DNA of 50,143 nucleotides from Escherichia phage Perceval: sequence record OV696612; one strand, 5' to 3'. Shown piece by piece: positions 24,929 to 33,308 of this stretch (position 1 is its first letter; each line of letters starts with the position of its first letter). The notes under the pieces were generated by a model. It saw only the letters and a program-made list of their open reading frames with translations, ran no database searches and was not told where the DNA came from. The position numbers and the translations under genes were made by a program.

Positions 24929-25842
24929 TATTTCTCCCTTTTCCCAGCTTTAATTCCCTGTACCAGCGTACTGGTAGTAACCTTAAGAAGGTCGATATAC
25001 GTCGGTACCGGGCCGTTTTCTGTGCTCAGGGAATCGACATAGAGCACACCGCCGTAGTGTGCGCCGGTTTCACGCGCAACCTGACGCGCTGGTTTATCGG
25101 AAATCGTACTCTCGCTAAAGACTGCCGGGATATGATTTTTCTTAACTATATCAACAACCTTACGTACCTGCTGCGGTGTTCCTTGTTGATCGGCATTAAT
25201 CGGCCACAGATAAAGCTCTTTTAGCCCCAAATCGCGTGCGAGATAAGAAAAAGCCCCTTCACTGGTGACCATCCATCGCTGATTCTCAGGGAGTTCCGTA
25301 ATCTGCTTACGCAGGGGGGCAAGGGTTTGGGTAATCTTGGCTTTATAAGTATCGGCATTGCGTTGGTAGGTTTGTGCATTTGCCGGATCGTATTTTATCA
25401 ACGCATCACGAATATTATCGACGTAAATCAGAGCATTATCTGGCGACATCCATGCATGGGGGTTAGGTTTGCCCTCATAGGGTCCTTCGGTGATCCCTAC
25501 AGGCGTCACACCCGAAGAGACAATTACTTCTGGAACCCCATTGAGATGCTGGTAAAAGCGTTGGAACCACAATTCCAGATTCATACCATTGGCGAGAATC
25601 AGTTGTGCCCCCTGCGCACGTTTAATATCGCCAGGGGTAGGCTGATACTCATGAATTTCTGCACCAGGCTTGGTTATGGATGAGACTTCTGCAGCATCTC
25701 CCGCCACGTTTTTGGCCATATCCGCGATGATGGTAAATGTTGTAATGACCTTGAATTTTTCAGTTGCACTTGCCTGAAATGCGATCGAGCAGGTGAGTGC
25801 GAGCCCCCCCAAGAGCATGGTTACTTTTTTTATCGAGTGCAT
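24928..25842 (-). CDS. sitA: periplasmic Mn/Fe-binding protein SitA (cluster A-I substrate-binding protein)
   Basis: 304 aa with signal peptide [26 protein letters not shown]; TroA/ZnuA-like fold sequence; first gene of the operon. Confidence 0.88.
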
Positions 25843-25874
25843 AATTTAGTACCTATAGTGAGCAAAATTAGAAC

Positions 25875-25896
25875 AAACATAGCAACGGCTATGTTT
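25875..25896 (-). promoter_or_regulatory. MntR-type operator palindrome upstream of sitA
   Basis: Perfect inverted repeat AAACATAGC-AACG-GCTATGTTT about 35 bp upstream of the sitA start, matching the E. coli MntR box pattern as recalled. Confidence 0.65.
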
Positions 25897-25915
25897 TATA
25901 GCACAGCCTATACAA

Positions 25916-25935
25916 AATGAAAATGATTATCATTA
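25916..25935 (-). promoter_or_regulatory. Fur box-like site upstream of sitA
   Basis: AATGAAAATGATTATCATTA resembles the Fur consensus GATAATGATAATCATTATC. Confidence 0.6.
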
Positions 25936-26227
25936 GCAGCTTTGAGGCCCAAAACAGGGATTAGGTTGTTTCCTGCTGGCGACGCGTTATTGAGGAAAAA
26001 AGTAAGGCAGCTAGTAGGCTTTGAAATAACGTTTTGCGGTTGGCTGATGCAATTTCGAGAGTGCATGTATTGAATGATTTCTAGCCGTTACTGATTTTCG
26101 TATTTTTTGTATGGGAGGATTTGCACCTCCCCCCACCGAGCCTCCATGACTTTACTCCACTGTCTCTAGGGCTGCTGTGTGCCAGGAGCGGAAGCAGGGG
26201 GGCCAGAGACTCCTTAAAAGTTGATAG

Positions 26228-26332
26228 CTCGTTTTGCAGGGAGACTTACACGGTAAGCGTTATTCCGAAGAGCTTAAAATTGAAGCAGTCAAACGGGTTG
26301 TTGAGCGTGTTTATGCGCTGCCATCTGATTAA
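26228..26332 (+). pseudogene. short transposase OrfA-like fragment (IS remnant)
   Basis: Frame from 26228 reads LVFAGDLHGKRYSEELKIEAVKRVVERVYALPSD*, resembling the N-terminal HTH (R-Y-S-x-E-F-K-x-x-A-V) of IS3-family OrfA; only about 34 codons, no intact transposase. Confidence 0.35.
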
Positions 26333-26540
26333 TCGACGGAAGCAGTTCCGTTTGGTCTATGATGCAGTTGTCCGGCAGGCGCTCTGTGACGCAAAAGAAC
26401 GATAGGAGTAGCATTGAAGTGAACGAGGTTATGCTTGTCTTATATTATCCTCTATTTTAAAAACATCAGCTGGTTGTGTAAGAGTTTTTATTGTTTTATC
26501 TTGTTGACTTTGCTTTTATGAAAACAGAGTGATTGATACA

Positions 26541-27299
26541 ATGAAAACCTTAAGTGGGAAAGAGTTTAGGAAATTATTTAATCGTTATGAGACAGGATTC
26601 TATCTAAGTGAGTTTGAATACTTAAAGGACTTTGATCCTTTGTTTCCTGAATGCGTAGGGAAAGAATTAAAGTTGGGTTATAAACGAAAAGTTGATGTAT
26701 GGTGCGAAGAGGATGCTGCGCTATATGCAGAATTTATAGCTACAAAAGAAAGGCTGAAAAGAGGCCGGTTAATCCTAAAAATAAACCAAGTGTGGTCGCG
26801 TGTATATCCTGCTTATATTTATGCAATTGAAGAAAGAATAAATGTCAGGGCAAAGGGGAGAGAGTCATTTAAGTATGAAACTGTGCAAGAAAAACAATGT
26901 AAACTTTCCATAATGTTAGATGGTCTGAAAGACCTTGAATGTGAAATAGCTATGATTTCAAGTGAGTTTGAAATTGAAAAACACTCTATGCACTATTTTT
27001 ATATGATTTTTGATATTGAACGCTATATAAATGACTGCAGTTACTTTGTTTTTTCTGCTGCTAAAGTTGTTAAAGGCGTGATTCAATGCATTGGTTACAT
27101 TGACAAAAATAACAAAGCAAGTTGCGATGAATTTTATTCAGGCAGCTATGAATGCTTGGATGATGATCAGGAAACACTGAACTATTTAAATGAATCATGC
27201 GCAGAGGGTATAGACGCTGATAAAGATCTCATCAGGAAGAATGAGTTATTAGCCTTATCCCTGAAGGAATTGTATCAACTTCTCGTTTCAAAAAAATAA
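26541..27299 (+). CDS. hypothetical protein (252 aa from ATG 26541; GTG alternative at 26529), AT-rich moron
   Basis: Long ORF in an AT-rich segment with upstream TTGACT promoter-like hexamer; no recognisable motif; sits between the sit operon and attP. Confidence 0.6.
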   Translation: MKTLSGKEFRKLFNRYETGFYLSEFEYLKDFDPLFPECVGKELKLGYKRKVDVWCEEDAALYAEFIATKERLKRGRLILKINQVWSRVYPAYIYAIEERINVRAKGRESFKYETVQEKQCKLSIMLDGLKDLECEIAMISSEFEIEKHSMHYFYMIFDIERYINDCSYFVFSAAKVVKGVIQCIGYIDKNNKASCDEFYSGSYECLDDDQETLNYLNESCAEGIDADKDLIRKNELLALSLKELYQLLVSKK

Positions 27300-27758
27300 C
27301 AAGTAATACGGCGAGCGATATGACGTGCCATGGGATATCCGCACCCAGCAGCATGTTGTCTCCACGATGTCCGCAGTTCGCTCATAATAGACATTCACTA
27401 CAGTTATAGTAGAAGGTATGCATGCTGCTGAGTGGGGAAAGTGTGAAAGAAAAGAAGACAGCTGCTTTGTTTGTCGTCACGTTTATCTTCATTGGCTATG
27501 CAAGTCGTAATACAAGGCGGGACAAAACTGAGACACATAAGGCCTCGCAATGGCTTGCAAGGCCACACATGTATTGAGATGTTAATAAAATGTAGACTTG
27601 TAATTTTGATATAAATGGTAGAGAAAATCTTTCCCCAAAATAAAAACGAACGTCAATGAAATCAAACGGTTGAATAAAGTTGATTTTGGCTAATACAAAG
27701 ACAAGAAAATAATATTTATGATTAAATATCAGCGAGTTGAATACATAATTTTTATATA

Positions 27759-27923
27759 CTGCTGCGCCATATGGGTTGGACTGAAGCGGCTGACCTGATT
27801 GTTAAAGGTATGGAAGGCGCAATCAACGCCAAGACCGTAACCTATGACTTCGAACGTCTGATGGAAGGCGCTAAACTGCTGAAATGTTCAGAGTTTGGTG
27901 ATGCGATCATCAAGAATATGTAA
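27759..27923 (+). other. icd: attP-associated 3' fragment of host isocitrate dehydrogenase gene (icd'), phage 21/e14-type attachment region
   Basis: Frame reads [54 protein letters not shown], the C-terminus of enterobacterial Icd with a few substitutions; abrupt onset of homology at about 27759 marks the likely core. Confidence 0.85.
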
Positions 27924-27946
27924 TCACTACATGTGTTAAATATTGA

Positions 27947-27975
27947 AACGGGCGTATAACACGCCCGTTGTTTTA
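27947..27975 (+). terminator. rho-independent terminator after icd' fragment
   Basis: AACGGGCGT-ATAAC-ACGCCCGTT followed by GTTTT. Confidence 0.7.
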
Positions 27976-27989
27976 TGATGATGTAAAAT

Positions 27990-28025
27990 CTTCCCCAAAA
28001 CTTTCCCCAAAACCCTTCCCCAAAA
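27990..28025 (+). repeat. three tandem CTTCCCCAAAA(C) repeats (candidate integrase arm-type binding sites)
   Basis: CTTCCCCAAAA x3 between icd' and int; a fourth copy TTTCCCCAAAAT at 27629-27641 on the other side of the core. Confidence 0.5.
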
Positions 28026-28036
28026 CTGGCTATTTT

Positions 28037-29179
28037 CTATGCTGTTTTGATATCTACGATAATCCAGTCTTTACCACGATCATCATTGTATCGGTCGGTC
28101 ATTTTTCTGGATTTATGGCCTAACAACTTTTGCGTATCCAGACCCTGTTCCCGATATAACCGTTCTGACAGAGATCGCTGCTCATGAAATGTGGGCGCAG
28201 TTCCTTGCTCCCATTTTATGCCACATTTTTCCCTGGCCTTTTTAAAAGCCGTTGTCAGAGTATTCGCAGAAACCTGGTCTCCTCTGTTTGCTTGAGAGGT
28301 TGTGTGACGGTAATGGACCAGATATTTACTAACAACAGCATCCCTGCACTGAGATATAACTTCACGAAGGGTAATATTCAGAGCATCGCATTTCAGGTTA
28401 AGCGGAATAGCAAGTTTTGAACCGGTTTTTTCCTGAGTAATGTGCAACATGTCGTCCCAGATATCAGAGAATTTCAAATTGCAGATATCGCCTAAACGTT
28501 GTCCAGTGACAAGAGCAAGTAGCATCCCGCATTTTAAATAGGGCTGCCGTCTGCTTACGCTGTCAAATATTGCCTGCCATTCGGGCAGTGATAATCTTTG
28601 GCGGTTTACTCGATTTCGCGGTTGTTTTGTTGCCTGCGCTGGGTTAAATCCTGGCGGAACATGTCCTGCGTGTTGTGCTTCTTTGAAGACGTCGATTAAC
28701 ACCATTCTCACGACTTGCGCCATCCTGTTATGACCTTCAGCCTTTACAGCATCAATTATTTCGGCAATATCAAGTGCGGTAATATCCTTGAGGTGTTGCA
28801 TTCCACAATGCTCACGGAAAAGACGAATGGGTTTGCCTTTTTGCCGATAGGAGTTGGGTCTTAGTTCATTATGTTGCAGCCTGTCCTCCTGGATAGAAAT
28901 ATATTTATCAAGCCATTCTGTCACCGTAATGTCTGAGCGCCTGCCTTTCATTCTTTCCAGACGCTCATTGACGCTTAATATTTGTCGGGTACGTTGTTCA
29001 GCAATAATGGTATTTGCTTCAGTAGCAACTTGTTTTGCTTCATTCTCATCAGTTCCTAAGCTATGAAAACGACCGGATAGTGGATGTTTGTATTGCCAAT
29101 ATACCTTTCCGGTTCGCTTATCTAATTTGCAATATAAATTGGGTATAGAGATTTTGTGAGATCGGGGTCTAGCAGCCAT
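28037..29179 (-). CDS. int: tyrosine integrase, lambda Int family (icd-targeting, phage 21/e14-like)
   Basis: 380 aa; C-terminal catalytic region ...FHEQRSLSERLYREQGLDTQKLLGHKSRKMTDRY... parallels lambda Int box II with the catalytic Tyr; adjacent to attP and overlapped by xis. Confidence 0.92.
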   Translation of the reverse strand: MAARPRSHKISIPNLYCKLDKRTGKVYWQYKHPLSGRFHSLGTDENEAKQVATEANTIIAEQRTRQILSVNERLERMKGRRSDITVTEWLDKYISIQEDRLQHNELRPNSYRQKGKPIRLFREHCGMQHLKDITALDIAEIIDAVKAEGHNRMAQVVRMVLIDVFKEAQHAGHVPPGFNPAQATKQPRNRVNRQRLSLPEWQAIFDSVSRRQPYLKCGMLLALVTGQRLGDICNLKFSDIWDDMLHITQEKTGSKLAIPLNLKCDALNITLREVISQCRDAVVSKYLVHYRHTTSQANRGDQVSANTLTTAFKKAREKCGIKWEQGTAPTFHEQRSLSERLYREQGLDTQKLLGHKSRKMTDRYNDDRGKDWIIVDIKTA

Positions 29180-29405
29180 CAGCGATTATCCGTTGGAGTT
29201 TTGGGTTTGCGTTTATTGGGAGTTGCGGTTCTGCAAGCGTTCCTACAAAACGGGAATTTCGGTCAATCATCCAGTAGCGACCAACTTTTATAGCGGGTGG
29301 GGCCATCATTTTCCCTTGCGCGTATTTTTTCAGAACTCGCTCACTTGGTGCTAAGTCCCCAAATTCTTCTTTAGCCCAGTCCTGTAAAGTGATTAGTCGA
29401 GACAT
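29169..29405 (-). CDS. xis: excisionase
   Basis: 78 aa ORF whose 3' end overlaps the int start by 11 nt, as lambda xis-int does; small basic protein. Confidence 0.7.
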   Translation of the reverse strand: MSRLITLQDWAKEEFGDLAPSERVLKKYAQGKMMAPPAIKVGRYWMIDRNSRFVGTLAEPQLPINANPKLQRIIADGC

Positions 29406-29544
29406 TTGTCCTCCTCTTAGCTACTGAGGGAGTTTGTGACCGATATATCTGACATGATATTAAGCTCATGGCAGGTACATCTCTTGACTGGTCATAGAGA
29501 TAAATTTAATGCTGAGAAATGCAGTATTGAATTTATCAATTTTT

Positions 29545-29784
29545 CTATTTCCTGCGTATGGCACGTAACTTCTTAATGTGTTCTGCTGTATCGATCTCTT
29601 CGGCTATCCGATCTGCATCAGCTTTATTCACAGGTTCAAAGTCATGATTAAAGCGGAACATGCTGGCGATACATGTTCTGCCTTTTCGGATGTAGTGAAC
29701 TTTGTTGTGGGTAGAACGCAGGATTTTGCAGGGAGTGCCGTGGTGGTCGACGTACCAGGTGTTAGGAAAAATGATTCTGAACAT
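29545..29784 (-). CDS. hypothetical protein (79 aa)
   Basis: ORF in the early-left operon between xis and the TraR-like gene. Confidence 0.45.
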   Translation of the reverse strand: MFRIIFPNTWYVDHHGTPCKILRSTHNKVHYIRKGRTCIASMFRFNHDFEPVNKADADRIAEEIDTAEHIKKLRAIRRK

Positions 29785-29831
29785 TTTTACACCTCAGTTG
29801 GACGATGTTGAAATTTGCTGCTTTGAGGCCA

Positions 29832-30050
29832 TCACAGTCCCCATTGTTTGTTCTTAAGTTCGATCTCCTCCTGGCAACTTGCACAAGTCCGACAACCCTG
29901 AACGGCCAGGCGTCTTCGTTCATCTATCGGATCGCCACACTCACAACAATGAGTGGCAGATATAGCCTGGTGGTTCAGGCGGCGCATTTTTATTGCTGTG
30001 TTGCGCTGTAATTCTTCAATTTCTGATGCTGAATCAATGATGTCTGCCAT
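29832..30050 (-). CDS. DksA/TraR-family C4 zinc-finger protein
   Basis: 72 aa with CxxC-(17)-CxxC (CCECGDPIDERRRLAVQGCRTCASC) typical of the TraR/DksA C-terminal zinc finger. Confidence 0.75.
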   Translation of the reverse strand: MADIIDSASEIEELQRNTAIKMRRLNHQAISATHCCECGDPIDERRRLAVQGCRTCASCQEEIELKNKQWGL

Positions 30051-30148
30051 CTTTCATTAATCCCTGAATTGTTGGTTAATACGCTTGAGGGTGAATGCGA
30101 ATAATAAAAAAGGAGCCTGTAGCTCCATGATGATTTTATTTTTCATGT

Positions 30149-30364
30149 TCACCGTTCCTTAAAGACGCCGTTTAACATGCCGATCGCCAGGCTTAAATGA
30201 GTCGGTGTGAATCCCATCAGCGTTACCGTTTCGCGGTGCTTCTTCAGTACGCTACGGCAAATGTCATCGACGTTTTTATCCGGAAACTGCTGTCTGGCTT
30301 TTTTGATTTCATAATTAGCCTGACGGGCAATACTGCGAAGGGCGTTTTCTTGCTGAGGTGTCAT
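30149..30364 (-). CDS. hypothetical protein (71 aa from ATG at 30364)
   Basis: ORF in the early-left operon; internal ATG chosen over the ORF-track start at 30430. Confidence 0.45.
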   Translation of the reverse strand: MTPQQENALRSIARQANYEIKKARQQFPDKNVDDICRSVLKKHRETVTLMGFTPTHLSLAIGMLNGVFKER

Positions 30365-30440
30365 TGAGCAAGTCCCATGTCGGCAAGCATAAGCACACAG
30401 AATATGAAGCCCGCTGCCAGAAAAATGCATTCAGTGGTTG

Positions 30441-30632
30441 TCATACCTGGTCTCTCTCATCTGCTTCTGCTTTCGCCACCATCATTTCCAGCTTTTGTGA
30501 AAGGGATGTGGCTAACGTATGAAATTCTTCGTCTGTTTCTACTGGTATTGGCACAAACCTGACTCCAATTTGAGCGAGGCTATGTGCCATCTCGATACTC
30601 GTTCTTAACTCAACGGGAGATGCTTTGTGCAT
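30441..30632 (-). CDS. hypothetical protein (63 aa)
   Basis: ORF downstream of exo in the early-left operon. Confidence 0.45.
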   Translation of the reverse strand: MHKASPVELRTSIEMAHSLAQIGVRFVPIPVETDEEFHTLATSLSQKLEMMVAKAEADERDQV

Positions 30633-30783
30633 ACAGCCCCCCGTTTATTATTTATCTCCTCAGCCAGCCGCTGGGCTTTCAGTGGATTTTGGATAACAGA
30701 AAGGCCGGGAAATACCCAGCCTCGCTTTGTAACGGAGTAGACGAAAGTGATCGCGCCTACCCGGATATTATCGTGAGGATGCG

Positions 30784-31464
30784 TCATCGCCATTGCTCCC
30801 CAAATACAAAACCAATTTCAGCCAGTGCCTCGTCCATTTTTTCGATGAACTCCGGCACCATCTCGTCAAAACTCGCCATGTACTTTTCATCCCGCTCAAC
30901 CACGACATAATGCAGTCCTTCACGCTTCATACGCGGGTCATAGTTGGCAAAGTACCAGGCATCTTTTCGCGTCACCCACATGCTGTACTGCACCTGGGCC
31001 ATGTAAGCCGACTTTATGGCCTCGAAACCACCGAGCCGGAACTTCATGAAATCCCGGGAGGTAAACGGGCATTTCAGCTCAAGGCCATTGCCGTCACTGC
31101 ATAAACCATCGGGAGAGCAGGCGGTGCGCATACTTTCGTCGCGATAGATGATCGGGGATTCAGTAACATTCACGCCGGAAGTGAATTTAAACAGGGTTCT
31201 GGCGTCGTTCTCGTACTGTTTTCCCCAGGCCAGCGCCTTAGCATTAACTTCCGGAGCCACACCGGTGCAAACCTCAGCCAGCAAGGTGTGGAAGTAGGAC
31301 ATTTTCATGTCAGGCCACTTCTTTCCTGAGCGGGGCTTTGCTATCACGTTGTGAACTTCTGAAGCGGTGATGACGCCGAGCCGTAATTTGTGCCATGCAT
31401 CATCCCCCTGTTCGACAGCTCTCACGTCGATCCCGGTACGCTGCAGGATAATGTCCGGTGTCAT
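30784..31464 (-). CDS. exo: exonuclease (Red alpha)
   Basis: 226 aa, [44 protein letters not shown]..., matches lambda Exo. Confidence 0.96.
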   Translation of the reverse strand: MTPDIILQRTGIDVRAVEQGDDAWHKLRLGVITASEVHNVIAKPRSGKKWPDMKMSYFHTLLAEVCTGVAPEVNAKALAWGKQYENDARTLFKFTSGVNVTESPIIYRDESMRTACSPDGLCSDGNGLELKCPFTSRDFMKFRLGGFEAIKSAYMAQVQYSMWVTRKDAWYFANYDPRMKREGLHYVVVERDEKYMASFDEMVPEFIEKMDEALAEIGFVFGEQWR

Positions 31465-32246
31465 GCTGCCACCTTCTGCTCAGTGGCTTTCTGTTTCAGG
31501 AATCCAAGAGCTTTCACTGCTTCGGCTTGTGTCAGTTCTGACGATGCGCGAATGTCGCGGCGAAATATCTGGGAACAGAGCGGCAATAAGTCGTCATCCC
31601 ATGTTTTATCCAGGGCGATCAGCAGAGTGTTAATCTCCTGCATGGTTTCATCGTTAACCGGAGTGATGTCGCGTTCCGGCTGACGTTCCGCAGTGTATGC
31701 AGTATTTTCGACAATGCGCTCGGCTTCATCCTTGTCATAGATACCAGCAAATCCGAAGGCCAGACGGGCACACTGAATCATGGCTTTATGCCGTAACATC
31801 CGTTTGGGATGCGACTGCCACGGCCCCGTGATTTCTCTGCCTTCGCGAGTTTTGAATGGTTCGCGGCGGCATTCATCCATCCATTCGGTAACGCAGATCG
31901 GATGATTGCGGTCTTTGCGGTAAATCCGGCACGTACATGATTCATTGTCCTGCTCAAAGTCCATGCCATCAAACTGCTGGTTTTCATTGATGATGCGGGA
32001 CCAGCCATCAACGCCCACCACCGGAACGATGCCGTTCTGCTTATCAGGGAAGGCGTAAATTTCTTTCGTCCACGGATTAAGGCCGTACTGGTTGGCGACG
32101 ATCAGCAATGCGATGAACTGCGCATCGCTGGCATCACCTTTAAATGCCGTCTGACGAAGAGTGGTGATCAGTTCCTGTGGGTCGACAGAATCCATGCCGA
32201 CACGTTCAGCCAGCTTCCCGGCTAGCGTTGCGAGTGCTGTACTCAT
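31461..32246 (-). CDS. bet: recombination protein Bet (Red beta)
   Basis: 261 aa, [48 protein letters not shown]..., matches lambda Bet. Confidence 0.96.
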   Translation of the reverse strand: MSTALATLAGKLAERVGMDSVDPQELITTLRQTAFKGDASDAQFIALLIVANQYGLNPWTKEIYAFPDKQNGIVPVVGVDGWSRIINENQQFDGMDFEQDNESCTCRIYRKDRNHPICVTEWMDECRREPFKTREGREITGPWQSHPKRMLRHKAMIQCARLAFGFAGIYDKDEAERIVENTAYTAERQPERDITPVNDETMQEINTLLIALDKTWDDDLLPLCSQIFRRDIRASSELTQAEAVKALGFLKQKATEQKVAA

Positions 32247-32251
32247 CCGTT

Positions 32252-32548
32252 TTATACCTCTGAATCAATATCAACATGGTGGTGAGCAATGGTTTCAACC
32301 ATGTACCGGATGTGTTCTGCCATGCGCTCCTGAAACTCAACATCGTCATCAAACGCACGGGTAATGGCTTTTTTGTTGGCCCCGCAGCGTTGCAAATGAT
32401 CGATGCAGAGTGATTCAAACAGGTGCTGTGGAAGACCTTTTTCCATGTCGTCTGCCAGTTCTGCCTCTTTCTCTTCACGGGCGATCTGCTGGTAGTGACG
32501 CGCCCAGCTTTGAGCCTCAAGACGATCCTGAATGTAATAAGCGTTCAT
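32252..32548 (-). CDS. gam: RecBCD inhibitor Gam (short form)
   Basis: 98 aa, [47 protein letters not shown]..., matches lambda GamS; AGGAG RBS. Confidence 0.93.
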   Translation of the reverse strand: MNAYYIQDRLEAQSWARHYQQIAREEKEAELADDMEKGLPQHLFESLCIDHLQRCGANKKAITRAFDDDVEFQERMAEHIRYMVETIAHHHVDIDSEV

Positions 32549-32623
32549 GGCTGAACTCCTGAAAATGGCTGTGAAAATATCGCCTGCGAAATGCCGGGCT
32601 GATTAGGTAAACAGGAAAGGGGA

Positions 32624-32914
32624 TTAGTGATTCAGGCCGTTGCCGCGTCCGTCGAGAAAAACTTCCACGAGCAAATCACGGGTATAAGTGCGCTCGATGC
32701 CGCGATGCAGATAAAGCCGTCCGCGTAAATTAGCTGATGCAGTCCAGGTACCATCTTTGTGTTTGACCAGCATTCCTGGCATGACCGCACCGCGATTAAC
32801 GGTCTGCGTTCCGTAATGTTGATGAACCATAAAAACTCCTGCCCGTAAGCTGGGCTGCTGAACATATAGAGACTTCTGCGCGTATTCAGGCGGTGGATGG
32901 CCGCCGGTTGTCAT
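32624..32914 (-). CDS. hypothetical protein in the N/cIII/kil position (start uncertain: TTG 33034, ATG 32914 or ATG 32830)
   Basis: Only ORF between the candidate pL promoter and gam; frame open for 136 codons; not recognisably lambda N, cIII or Kil. Confidence 0.4.
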   Translation of the reverse strand: MTTGGHPPPEYAQKSLYVQQPSLRAGVFMVHQHYGTQTVNRGAVMPGMLVKHKDGTWTASANLRGRLYLHRGIERTYTRDLLVEVFLDGRGNGLNH

Positions 32915-33096
32915 AACTAAGCCGCCTCGTTGAAGCGACTGAGGTATGAGGTGTTGAGTTGATTTCAGCTGGTCACACCGACGTTCACGCGTCCGCTTCA
33001 CCCCTCGCACTCCCCGGAGCCTGCTGAAATTCAAGCTGCGGATCTAAGCGGTCATCGCAACGGTGAATCAGGTGATTGCGTATCGTTGTGTTGTTG

Positions 33097-33125
33097 CGAC
33101 ATGGTGATAATAGCTATTGCTATTG
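33097..33125 (-). promoter_or_regulatory. candidate pL promoter (-35 TTGATA, 17-bp spacer, -10 TATTAT) overlapping operator-like repeats
   Basis: Minus-strand TTGATAcagccaatagcaatagcTATTAT; the spacer carries CAATAGCAATAGC repeats shared with the cI-cro intergenic region. Confidence 0.55.
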
Positions 33126-33260
33126 GCTGTATCAATACTTATTGCTATTGATTGATGTGTTTTGATATTAACTGTTTGATAGCAAAAAGAATTAATTTTG
33201 TGACTTGTATCGCATAGCGATAACTGAAGGGAGGATGTGGTGGTTTTTTGAACGGTGTGT

Positions 33261-33290
33261 GATGAGGGGAGGCAAAAGAAAACCCGGCAC
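33261..33290 (-). terminator. rho-independent terminator ending the cI-distal operon
   Basis: Minus strand CCCGGC-CGTCGT-GCCGGG followed by UUUUCUUUUG, 20 nt after the stop of the 168-aa membrane protein gene. Confidence 0.7.
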
Positions 33291-33308
33291 GACGGCCGGG
33301 GAGGGGGG

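Noticed and set aside
26121-26405. 94-aa ORF from the track in the sitA-upstream region
   Set aside because: Poor start context and no coherent product; the only recognisable signal is a short transposase-like fragment in a different frame, so treated as IS debris
27988-28026. Tandem CTTCCCCAAAA repeats as a possible CRISPR array
   Set aside because: Only three 11-13-bp units with no spacers of CRISPR size and no cas genes; position beside int and attP fits integrase arm sites instead
30605-30793. 62-aa minus-strand ORF between exo and the 63-aa ORF
   Set aside because: Overlaps both the exo 3' end and the next ORF start in another frame, with no clear RBS; could be a lambda orf60a-type gene but support is too weak
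32549-33308. Lambda-type N, cIII, kil, ral genes and nutL
   Set aside because: No products resembling lambda N, CIII or Kil and no boxA/boxB pair found; only a single unassigned ORF is present, so none of these were called
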